Below are positions 13,310 to 24,699 of a DNA stretch of 64,000 nucleotides, one piece after another. Source of the DNA: Eledone cirrhosa (Eukaryota); assembly GCA_964016885.1 (NCBI GenBank), contig OZ024741.1, positions 364,250,001-364,314,000 on the forward strand. Reading direction: 5' to 3'. Below the pieces are notes generated by a model that was given only the letters and a program-made list of their open reading frames with translations, was not told where the DNA came from and did not search any database. Within the stretch, counting starts at the first letter, position 1. Each line of letters starts with the position of its first letter. A program made the translations under genes and the position numbers.

Positions 13310-14930
13310 CTCTTCCGAAAACCATTCTTAATTATGGGACCATCAGATAAGATACTTGCTATTGCGAAGATGATGATTGAGGAACTTGGTCATATGGGCC
13401 TCCATATCAACAGTTCTAAATGTGAAATCTGTATCTTCAACCAGCTGGTTTCACAACACCAACAAAGAGTAGACCTGTTTACTGAATTTTCCCCTCCATC
13501 GTGGTCCCTTCCTCATCAGCATGGTACTTCCTAGGAGCCCCAGTTACTCACCTAGCGTTCAAGCCCACCCTTTCCTATAAGATTGCAAAACTCGAGCAAT
13601 TACTCAAAAACATTGATGCATTTGAGTACCATCAATTTTGTTTTTATACTTTTATATTTCCTAGCTATTCCTAAGTTATTGTATGGCCAGGACCAGTCTC
13701 TCATGTAGATTCTTGTCAGCTCTGCAGCGTTTTGATAAGCTAATCTTCAGTAAATTTGAATGCTTAGTCAATATCAAGCCCTTTAGACTCCTATGACCAG
13801 GCTGTATTACTTAAATGATTTAGGTGCCTAGGTCTATGTAAATGCTTGTCTTTGTGTCTTCCTTGCTTTCTTTCTTCCATCTCTGCTTGCTCTCCTCTAG
13901 TGGGTAACATCCTCTTCTTTCCCACAAGGACTAGCTCCAAGTGAGAGATGGACGAAGCTCTACTACAGCAGAGGGAGCTGGGTTGTCAGATCCTGATACA
14001 GAGGAGGATAGATTGAAACAGAACCTGGGATAACTTACATTTGAGAGACACTTTAAACTTTCTCTTTAATCAATCTTAGTTCTCAAGGTGCTGCCTGCTT
14101 TCTGCAAGTGTAGAATTCTTAGGGAATTAGGTTGATGCTTTACCCATGGCCAACATCAGTAGCCTACTCAGTCTGGATGATCTCTGCATCTCCATTACGC
14201 TCATAGTTGAAGCTGATGTCTGTGGGGTATTTAAATGTTATGGCAAACCAATTGACTCCACAGGCTTTCATGGGTTGTCTTTCTGCCTGAATATAGTTCT
14301 TTTTACTTGTCATACTGGCTGAAACTAATTATCAAGTGAGCCTTGGCTAGAGTCAGTATCCTTTCAATTCTGGAACAAGCTGGATTGTCCAGGGTTAATA
14401 GGAAGAGGCCAGGTGGTCTTACCATTTGGCCCTGGGTATGAGGGAGATGTCTCATTTGCAATGTCACAGTTAGTGACTCTTTTGCTCCCTCCCACATCAT
14501 AGATGATGTGATAAGTTGAGGGTCACTGAATCCATTCCTGAAGGGAATAAAATGCAAAAAAAACAGGAATTATTGGCAAACTATTTTTTCAGCTGAGGGT
14601 GATGGGTCACTGACACCTAATTTATTGTATTTTGTTGGTTTGCCTTTCCAAAATATTAGGTAATGCTCAGTTATTCCAGAATATTAATTAGCTTTGCTAT
14701 CACTTGTAGCAATGCAGTGGATGTGTTGACTTTCCTAAAAAAATTATCAGGGGGAAACTCCAGCCGTCCTGGGTGAGGGGTTGTGTGTGTGTGGATCTAC
14801 TCCAGACTCCTGGGTGGGGTGTTGTGTGTGTGGGTCTAATCCAGCCTTCTCTTTATTCTTTCATGAACTGAGTGCATTTTCGATTAACTTCCAACTTTAT
14901 GTTGAAAATGAATAATATCAACTGGGAGTT
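13310..14930 (+). mobile_element. Decayed CRE-clade non-LTR retrotransposon (RT C-terminus, Zn finger, restriction-like endonuclease)
   Basis: GLHINSSKCE; CYGKPIDSTGFHGLS; GLSRVNRKRPGGLTIWPWV*GRCLICNVTVSDSFAPSH matches the CRE pattern RxDGKRPDGxTxxPWxxGRxLxWDxTxxD; many stops and frameshifts. Confidence 0.7.
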
Positions 14931-15183
14931 ATAGATATATATATACTCTATATATGTCAAAGTTGATCTAAAATCACTGAATCTCACAGGAGATGACTGG
15001 AGGGATGTTGTGCTGGAAAGAACCCATACAAATGGTTGTACTAATTGTGTGTTGGTAGCTAATTAAGATATTTAAGAGGTGCGCTAAGCAGCTGAACTGT
15101 ATGTCCGTTTCAGAATACTACTAAGAGCGAATGGGTATATCAGCTCATCAAATACGTGTTTCCTGTGGTTGTTTAGATGATAT

Positions 15184-15233
15184 ACATGCCTCTGATGAGG
15201 ATCCAAATAGGCCTGAAAATCGGTTAAAGGTGT
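15184..15233 (+). ncRNA. Degenerate minimal type I hammerhead ribozyme motif (Penelope pLTR-like)
   Basis: ATGCCT-CTGATGA-GGATCCAAATAGGCCT-GAAA-ATCGGT-TA-A-AGGTGT; near-palindromic stem III AA(T)CGGTT; stem II weakened. Confidence 0.5.
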
Positions 15234-15536
15234 TTATCATTTTTTTCAATTTACAGGGTAATTTGTATTTTCTGGCATGTTTACACTTATAATGCTAGCT
15301 AGTTATTTTACTGATAGATAACAGATGGCCCTAGAATATGTTCTTCTTTCTAGGACTGGTACTGTAAATCCCATCGTCAGGAAAATTTATCTATTGTCTT
15401 CTCTGCGAGGTCACAAGTCACTTACTTGGTGGGCATGTTTGTAAGGCAAAATAAAGCACTGTAGGAAAACATTTCTTTTGCTACACACACACATATGTAT
15501 GTAAACATATACATGTATGTATACACACACACACAC

Positions 15537-15782
15537 ATCATCATCATCATCGTTTAACGTCCATCTTCCACGCTTGCATGGGTTTGGACGGGAGTTTTCC
15601 CACTTGAGGCAAGATTGGTTGTCCTGCTCATATAGGACTGTCTGGTGGGTTTTCTACGACTGGATGCCCTTCCTAACACCAACCACGTTTACAGTGTGGA
15701 CTGGGAGGTTTTTACCGTGTTACCTACATGGCCACATTACAGCGTGGACTGTGTGTTTTTTTGTTGTGACACCTACACGTCA
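15537..15782 (-). mobile_element. RTE 3'-UTR fragment, same subfamily as the intact element
   Basis: Reverse complement of 55660-55910 including the (TGA)n tail. Confidence 0.85.
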
Positions 15783-16460
15783 TATATATATATATGTATA
15801 TAGCAAAGTTGGATACTAACAAAAAAAAATTATGTGAGGCAAATGTACAGAAGCATTAAAACTTCCTCTTCAGCCACCCTTGGGAAATACAATTTTCTGC
15901 ATAAGAATGTTGCATAATGGTATTGCAAAATATTGAGGCCAGTTTGCATGACAGCTTAGAAAAAGCTACAGGTAAGATGCATATGAGACAACACAAAAAC
16001 AGAGACAGGGGTGAAGAAGTGAGTTTTGTTAGACTAGGGCAGAATATGTGCAGACAATTTGTGCAAATGGTAACACCAGAAGGAAGGAAATATAAATAGA
16101 CTTTCATAAAAAAAAGGTGAGAAAGTGTGTGAATGTGTGTGTGTGTGAGAGAGAGAGTTTCCCTTTTCTAAGTATATTTATATATATACATTTATATATA
16201 TATAAAGGTAGAACACTGGAAGGTAATATCCATAGTTGTAGAGCACTCAGTCCATGGGATGAGTTTGGTAGAAGTAGTAACACAACAGTTAGTTCACCAT
16301 ACCGAGAACAATTGTTTCACCTTGCGGATCTTCAGTTCAGACTGATCGCAAAGTGAAACAATTGTTCTCAGTATGGTGAACTAAATGTTGTGTTACTACT
16401 TCTATATATATTATAAAATAACAGGAGGCTGGACTCGTGCAATTCCTTAAAAGGTTCATT

Positions 16461-16534
16461 ATACTATCATCATTTCAATGATTGGGTTCAGTATGAATCC
16501 GGTGACATCATCAGGTATTCAAAGTGTGTGTGTT

Positions 16535-16605
<71 letters not shown>

Positions 16606-17082
16606 CAAGAATAAATGAAACAAACACAGGGATGCAAAAACAAAGTCTTATTAAGTTCATGTTTGGGAATGAAGACAAAAAAATAGAAAAAAGAAATAGA
16701 TAAATGACTCAATGTATCGGACATAAGTCTTTTATCAGGAAAGAGCAACGTTTGGAGAGAGGATGTTGGAAAACAGAATCATATATATATTTAAGTATAT
16801 ATATTTATGTGTGTATATATATATTGTACGTGTTTCAGTGAATTACTGGCGGCGGTAATGCATGTGATATATACATATAGATATTAATATATACATATAG
16901 ATATTAATTTAACAATGAAAATAATAACAAAGTCAAGTTATTTTACCTATTCATATCATTGTTTTACGATCGTTTTGGAGGGTTGATCATATTGACGTAG
17001 TGACTGATCTATAGCAGTTATATAACTGTATACTATCAGACTACATATATAGGTTTGATCAGACTGTCTTCTTTGGAAACAA
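16461..17082 (-). ncRNA. Cluster of three decayed hammerhead-like motifs (16461-16518, 16708-16741, 16959-17082)
   Basis: ATAC-CTGATGA...GAAA-TGATGA-TA-GTAT; TTC-CTGATAA-A-AGAC-TTAT-GTCC-GATA-CA-TT-GAG; TTGTTT-CCAAAGA...CTCC-AAAA-CGATCG-TA-AAACAA. Confidence 0.45.
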
Positions 17083-17331
17083 TAGAGTAGACCACATTGA
17101 AATATATATATATACACACACACACATATATATAGATATATACAATATATACACACACATAATTAATGGATATTTTTTCAGAAAATGAAGTTATTACTCT
17201 GTTCATACGAACTGAGTCTTTCAGTTGATGTATGAATATTTTAAGTACAATGGTATTTAAAACAGCCACTTCAATGTGTGTGTGTATAGGTGTGTGTGTG
17301 TTAAAATATTTCCGTACATGCATATGTATAT

Positions 17332-17677
17332 GCATGGCTTAGTGGTTAGAGCATTGGCCTTGCAATCAGAAGGTTGTGAATTCAATTCTCAGACCGGGTG
17401 ATGTGTTGTTTCCTTGCGCAAGACACTTTATTTCACATTGCTCCAGTTTACTCAGCTGTAGAAATGAGATGATAGGGACTGGGGTCCCTATCATTCCACT
17501 GCAAAGTGGTCGTGGAGGTGCCACGGCAAAAAAGCACCCAGCACTCACTGTAAATGAGGTTGGTGTTAGGAAGGGCATCCAGCTGTAGAAATCAAGCCAG
17601 AATCGGTTCCCGTCCCACCCTTGCAAGCAGGGAAAAGTGGACGTAAAAATGAAATGATGATGAAATGATGATGATGT
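17332..17677 (+). mobile_element. tRNA-derived SINE family 2 with RTE-derived 3' part
   Basis: TGGCTTAGTGGTT head, CCTTGCGCAAGACACTT body, then RTE 3'-UTR modules and GGACGTAAAA(TGA)n tail. Confidence 0.8.
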
Positions 17678-18016
17678 ATAAGTGTGTGTATGTTACAAAA
17701 AATAGCAGTATATAGTTCATATTTGATTGATTGCTATCTAGAACTATTGTATTTCATGAAATATAGGAAGGAAGGTAGCTGGTTCATTAATTCAAAGTAA
17801 ACAATAGTGGCAATCATACATTGTAGTAATTAACTGATATTGAAATTGTAACTAAAATTGTTATGTAATGAGCTTGCTTTCTACATCAGAATAAAATATG
17901 GGATTTTCTGGTGCCACAATAAAATTCAACTAGTACACACTGCAAAAGGGTAAAGCTGTTCCTACAATATCTTCCAATCACACACACAATATATATATAT
18001 ATATATATATATTATT

Positions 18017-18123
<107 letters not shown>

Positions 18124-18230
18124 ATATATATAGTAATAATAAATGTGAAGACTAAAATCTGAAGAGGGCTTGATAAGGATTATATATATATATATATATA
18201 TAAACCCATAGAGTTTCAGAAGATCCCGTT

Positions 18231-18277
18231 AAGGGTGAAAGCAACGATTCTTTGCTTAAACTTTAATCTGTTCTTAT

Positions 18278-18313
<36 letters not shown>

Positions 18314-18360
18314 ATAAGAACAGATTAAAGTTTAAGCAAAGAATCGTTGCTTTCACCCTT
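18231..18360. repeat. Perfect 130-bp palindrome: 50-bp arms around (TA)15
   Basis: 18231-18280 is the exact reverse complement of 18311-18360. Confidence 0.95.
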
Positions 18361-19149
18361 GGTTGCTTTCACAACTTGGTGCTACTGGTTGCTTTCACAT
18401 CTTGGTGCTACTGGTAACATGTATCCCAGTACAACCTGTCTCATGGTCGGGTCGTTGGCGACTAAACTGGCAACCCCACCAAGATTTCTTGGTGAGGAGG
18501 GTGACTTTGGACATCCTGCAGGACTAAAAACAAAACCTGTCAAAGGGCAAAGGAACTCCTGGGAGCTCTTAGAGCTCTTGGAGTCAATGGCCATCCAAAA
18601 CCAGCACGGCCCGCCAAAAGGCGCTGCAGTGCCGGAAAAGTCACATTCCCTGACGTTACTTCCTGCTACTAGTATGCTGGTAGGCTAGTACAACGTATCT
18701 CCAGACGGATAGAGTGGGTCCGTAGCTTTGGTTAGCGACTACTCTAGTGCTTGCAACACGAACAATTAGGGCGAGGGTATAAATGCCAGGTTGGTATCTG
18801 GCGCCGGGTAACCCACCACACGGAGGAGAAAGCACCTTCTTCAAGACTTGGCTGTCAAATTCTTTCACATGTGTGTAGTAGTGGTGCCCACACACATTAT
18901 TAGCTATTTGAAAAGATGATGGATTTCGCAACTAACTGCACCAGGGTTCCTGTTCCTCAGGGAACCACACTATATGGTATACCTGTTGATATAGGTCCAG
19001 CCCCTGTTTCCCGGGTCCTGTTTCTGAGCATAATGATCTCTAGGTATACGGGAATCAGTAGACAGGACCTGGGGGCAGCCATGGGAGACAGGGAATTCTG
19101 GGGCATGAGAGTGAGATCCGTCATCTCGACAGTAGTCGACGAATGATGA

Positions 19150-19152
<3 letters not shown>
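18361..19152 (+). mobile_element. Internally deleted, bipartite RTE/RTEX-like non-autonomous element
   Basis: GC-rich structured 5' part joined to a LINE C-terminus (ISRYTGISRQDLGAAMGDREFW) and a (TGA)n tail, inserted in (TA)n; similar C-terminus at 51135-51400. Confidence 0.6.
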
Positions 19153-19204
<52 letters not shown>

Positions 19205-19788
19205 CAGAATGGATATTCAATTTGTTGGTAATTCAACAAATATAAATGTTTATAACTGATTCAGAGCACTCGACAGGTTTTCTGGAGTTTAATATACAAT
19301 GATATTAAATAAATCGAAACTATATTTATAAAACCATATTTATTCTATTATATATATTTCAAGGAAAAACTTGAACCGTTAAGGTATATTCTCTTTGGTT
19401 ATGTCAAAATTTATAAAACACACTTCGTATTTTATGATAGCGTACCAAAATTTTGGTATCCTTGAATATAATAGAATAAATATTGTTTTATAAATATAGT
19501 TTCCATTTATTTAATATCATTGTATATATATATATATTTATATGCATAAACACATAGATATGTATGTGTTTCTACTTTAGACACAAGGCCAGTATATTTG
19601 TGGGAAAAGTATATTTGTTGCATGAACCACAGTACATCACTGGTACTCTATTTTATCGACCCTGAAATGATGAAGGCAAAGTTGACTTTGGCAGGATTTG
19701 AACTCAGAATGTAAAGTGCTCTAACTAAATGCAGCAAGGCATTTTATCTGATCTAATGATTTTGTTAATTCACCATCCTAATATATAT

Positions 19789-20043
19789 ATCATCATCATC
19801 GTTTGATGTCCATTTTCTGTCCATAGTATGGGTAGGTCGGACTGTCCCTTTGGGAGAGATAGGTCAGAGGACCATGTTTCGCTCACACAGGGCTGATTTT
19901 GGCTTGGTTTCTACAGCTGGATGCCCTTCCTAATGCCAACCACATTTACTGTGTGTGGCTGGATGCTTTTTGTCATGTCATCTACATGATCTCTTAACAG
20001 CGTGGACTGGACACTTTCTGTTATGTTGCTAATACGACCACTT

Positions 20044-20047
<4 letters not shown>
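19789..20047 (-). mobile_element. RTE 3'-UTR fragment
   Basis: (ATC)n tail and CTACAGCTGGATGCCCTTCCTAA motif. Confidence 0.75.
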
Positions 20048-20084
<37 letters not shown>

Positions 20085-20089
<5 letters not shown>

Positions 20090-21216
20090 AAGTATGGGTG
20101 CATAAAAGATGTAGTGGGATCACAGGTAAGCTAACTAAGAATATAGATTTTATATGTGGCCGGTGCTCAGGTGCAATAAGTAGTAGCAAGTGCCCACAGG
20201 ATATTAGCTCATTCCATTGCCCAGATGGTTCTATAGAAATAGTGGACACCTTCCGTTACCTGGGTGATAAAATCAGCAGTGGTGGAGGGTGCTCTGAAAG
20301 TACAGTAGCTAGAGTCAGAATGGGATGGAAAAAGTTCAGAGAGCTTATACCACTATTGGCCGCTAAAGGTTTCTCTCTAAAAATGAAAGGCAGGCTGTAT
20401 GATGCCTTCATACGAACAGCAATGTTACATAGCAGTGAGACATGGGCATTGTGTGCAAAGGATCTACGCAGACTGGAGAGGAACGAAGCTTGCATGCTCC
20501 GTTGGATGTGTAATAGTAATATACATGAACGGCAAAGCATAAATAAGAGAGAAATTAGGAATAAGAGGGATCAGATGCTGTTTACTCGAGAGAAGACTAC
20601 GTTGGTATGGTCACATGATGCTCATGAAAGACGACAGCTGTATAAAAAAGTGCAGGGCGATAAAAATAGACGATAGCTACGGAGTAGGCAGACCCAGAAA
20701 AACCTGGGACGACTTGATAAATTCCAACCTTGCTCACTTACACCTCTCCAAGACAATGTCACTGGACCGAGATCTTTTTGGCGCTACGCAGTAATATAGA
20801 AGACCCGCCTTGCCTAAGTACAAAGCGAAACCTACGATCAGTAGGCACCTCTTAACCAAAATACACCCCCGTCCCACTAACCCTACCCTCACCCCCATCT
20901 ACACCACTCCTTTCGATGTAAAGTTATGTTGGTACCACAACATCCAGTCCTAAATAAATGAGGTAGTGTAGCTGTCACGACAAAAAAAAACACACAGTCC
21001 ACGCTGTAATGTGACCGTGTAGGTAACACGGTAAAAACCTCCCAGTCCACACTAAACGTGGTTGGTATTAGGAAGGGCATCCAGCCGTAGAAAACCTGCC
21101 AGACAGTCCTACACAAGCAAGACAACCAATCTTGCCTCAAGTGGGACAATTCCCGTCTAAACCCATGCTAGCGTGGAAGATAGATGTTAAACGATGATGA
21201 TGATGATGGTGATGAT
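20085..21216 (+). mobile_element. 5'-truncated RTE copy, same subfamily as the intact element
   Basis: CKVWVHKRCSGITGKLTKNID...FRYLGDKISSGGG near-identical to 54810-55910; frameshift near 20545; (TGA)n tail. Confidence 0.93.
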
Positions 21217-21229
21217 ATATATATACATA

Positions 21230-21349
21230 TCACTTTATATATACGACTTTGCATATATATATATATATATACCACTTTATATATATATATATACATATAT
21301 ACTACTTTGCATATATATATATATATATATATACATATATATACCACTT

Positions 21350-21399
<50 letters not shown>

Positions 21400-21403
21400 A
21401 CTT

Positions 21404-21490
<87 letters not shown>

Positions 21491-21533
21491 GCAAAGTGGA
21501 ATATATATATATATATATATATATATGCAAAGT

Positions 21534-21577
<44 letters not shown>

Positions 21578-21613
21578 GGTATATATATATATATATATAT
21601 ATATGCAAAGTGG

Positions 21614-21644
<31 letters not shown>

Positions 21645-21650
21645 TGGTAT
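21230..21650. repeat. Palindromic minisatellite of ACCACTTTGC(AT)n and (AT)nGCAAAGTGGT units
   Basis: Forward units 21230-21410, inverted units 21490-21650. Confidence 0.85.
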
Positions 21651-21691
21651 ATATATATATATATCATCATCATCATTATATATATATATAT

Positions 21692-21987
21692 ATCATCATC
21701 ACCATTTTATGTCCGTTCTTCCACGCTAGCATGGGTTAGACGGGTTGTCCTGTTGTGGGCAGTGTCCGGTTGGCTGACCATGCCTTGCTCATACGGGAAC
21801 TGATTCTGGCTTGATTTCTACAGCTTGATGCCCTTCCTAACACCAACCTCATTTACAGTGAGTGCTGGGTGCTTTTTTTCCATGGCGCCTTCATGTCCAC
21901 TTTACAGTGTGGGCTGGGTGCTTTTTTGCCATGGCACCTCCACGACCACCTTGCTGTGGGAGGGTGTGGGGGCATATTGTCTATATG
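21692..21987 (-). mobile_element. RTE 3'-UTR fragment, subfamily C
   Basis: Near-identical to 58343-58647. Confidence 0.85.
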
Positions 21988-22099
21988 TATATGTCTATAT
22001 ATTGTCTATATTTATATGTCTATATATATATATATATTCATATATTAAGGCATGTGGATTGCCATGCAAGTAGATTAGCAGTGGATTCTCATGCAAGGA

Positions 22100-22560
22100 G
22101 AATTACGCAGCACAAGAATAGTTAAGCACCTATCTCTCTCTACTCTAAACTCAAAGAAGCAAAGTGGTGGTGCAAACTCAGGTCCCACCTTCAGCCTGCC
22201 AGTATACTCCAAAATTCCCTGCCAGCATGCCTCTGATCCCCTTCTCCACCTTAAACCGAAAGAAGCAGAGAGAGATGGAACAGCTTTCAGGTCTTCACCT
22301 GCTAGTATACCCCTGACTTCTTTGCTCAACCTATAGTATTATGGAAAGCCAAGACGAAACTTGACAGATACACCATTCTAGCTGAACCCTTGCACCTGCA
22401 ACACTTTCCCAACCCAAGAAAGCTTGACACACTCCAAAGTGACAGACGCTGCCACCTACCTTACTCTAAGCAGTATATGAATGCTACTTTTAGGCCTTCA
22501 AGGGAAGCTGTTCACACTTCATAGTATGTCTGATGCCATCTATTTGCTTCAAAGCCACCA
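22100..22560 (+). mobile_element. Possible decayed Penelope-like RT/GIY-YIG linker fragment
   Basis: Weak motifs YGKPRRNLTD and LGLQGKLFT; heavily decayed. Confidence 0.25.
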
Positions 22561-23269
22561 CCATGACCCCCCCCCCCCTCAAGCAGTGCAATATCTATAC
22601 CTTAGCCCTCAACTTCCACTAATGCGTTCCTAGCAAGACCAAGTACACTGAGTGCTCTAGTAATGTAACGAGTAGTGCGTGTTCCATGACAAAAGCACCA
22701 AGTTCAATCTCTAAGGTGGTAGTGTCAGAATGATATAATGCTCCTAGTACATGCTGTAAAGTGGTTGGTGTTAGGAAGGCAATATATCCATAAAAAAACA
22801 TGCCCCCCCCCCCCCCCCCCCCCAGTCCCTGTAAACTGGTTGGCATTGGGAAGGGTATCTAGCTGTAGAAACCAAGCCAAAACAAAGCATGCGAGCAAAA
22901 TCTAGTTACCTGACATGTTTTTCCCTCAATATATGACAGCCACAAGCATGAAAAATAGACATTATATGGTAGATGATGATGATAATGACTACGACAACGA
23001 CGATGATGATGATAATAATATATGTATATATGCATATATATTGATGATGATATACATATAGAAAAAAGCATTAAAAGGACAAAAGTAAGGATGATAGTTA
23101 TCTCAATATGATTGAAGGCCTTTGGCTAAATAATGACTTTTCCGATTATAATGTAAGGAAAGTACTTTAGAAATGAATTTAGTTATTGTACCACTCGCTG
23201 ATCAAAATACTTGATTAACTCTAATTATTAGCCTTATGAAATGATTTCTGTTTCACATACACATATATA

Positions 23270-24205
23270 TCTCTATATATATAAAACAGAGGATGTCTGT
23301 CTGTCTAAATTCCTAAATCTCGAGAAGTACCCGACCGATTTTTTTGAAACTTTACACATAAGTTCCTTATATTTATTGAAGTGCAATGGGCTAAAAAGAA
23401 TTTAACTTTTTCTGCCCTAGGGCCTGCATTAGGCGAAAAACCGCATTTTTTAGGCTTTTTTGAGGCGTAACTCAAAGATAACCCAGTTGATTTCCTCAAA
23501 ATTTGCAGCACACATTAGTTAGTCCGATTCCATTAATGGTTTCTAGGAAATTTACGAATTAGCATTGAGCATTACATACTATTTTCATTTTCAATACAAA
23601 CGCTACTTAAACATCGTAAGTAGTGTATAATATTTCGTTAAAAGTTTGGTTTATTTAACAGAGGACACAGCATTAAGCAGGACCATTTTCGGGGGATTGA
23701 GGAAATGAGGAGGACCTTCAAATTTTTGTTGGCGCCCTGTTGACGCTTCGTGCTTTCATCATGCGCAAATCTGGGCCCTGTGTACGTTACCGTGTTATTG
23801 ACACCGTAAAACTCACGTCTGTGCTACTTCTACCTAGACCCCTTTTGTTGCACCTACATTTCGTCATCTCAATATCCCTACTTAAACGTACATCCCTACT
23901 CGGTTTTCACACAATTGACTACGTCACTCCTTCAGAGTGACGTGTGTTCCCCATCCGTGACTTAATTCGTGAATGGACTTACAACATACATCGCCCCACA
24001 ACACTTACTTACTCATTTCGCATACAGGATTTCCGCAATCAGCCTACTGACACTGCTACTACTGGATTTGGCCTGCTGGTGTTCTACGTTTCCAGTAGAT
24101 AAACAATCATTCCCTGAGAATAAGGGAATTCAAAAAGTACACAGCTACATTCCTCAATCTTTGCATGTGTGTTGCTATTTCACGTTTCCTACCCCATGCT
24201 GCTAG
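23270..24205 (+). mobile_element. Non-autonomous Helitron
   Basis: A|TCTCTATATATATAAAA start followed by (GTCT)n, CTAG|T end, no TSD; subterminal hairpin not evident. Confidence 0.6.
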
Positions 24206-24239
24206 TATATATATATATGTATGATATATATGTATGATA

Positions 24240-24284
<45 letters not shown>

Positions 24285-24664
24285 AGGGCGGGTAAAGAAT
24301 TCTCTCATCTCTTTCTGACATACGTTAAAGGTGTGACAAATTGAAAACTGAGGCTAGGTAAAGAATGCCACAAAAGCCACTACAGCAACACAAATACAAA
24401 CAGGTTAATACGAACCTGGACCTGGACCTGGTCAATAGATATTATAAAATATCTTCGATTGGTTTCTTTGAATCTCAAATCAACAATCCAAACTGCGCAA
24501 TATGCGAGTCAGTATTGTATCCTAAGATCGAATGTGGATTCACTTTTTCAACAAGCATTTCGTTCTGTATATCAACAGCTCGGTGTGATGGCACCATTGC
24601 TTATCACTATAGTATCACCTATAGCAGCGGGGTCACGTGTTCTTTCTCAAGGAAGGAGTAAGAA

Positions 24665-24667
24665 TCA

Positions 24668-24699
<32 letters not shown>

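Noticed and set aside
17332-17400. tRNA genes
   Set aside because: The tRNA-like segments are SINE heads without a full cloverleaf and continue into SINE bodies
21168-21803. YIYI-type ORFs (also at 5288-6158, 10973-11246, 39305-40344)
   Set aside because: (TA)n/(CA)n microsatellite artefacts
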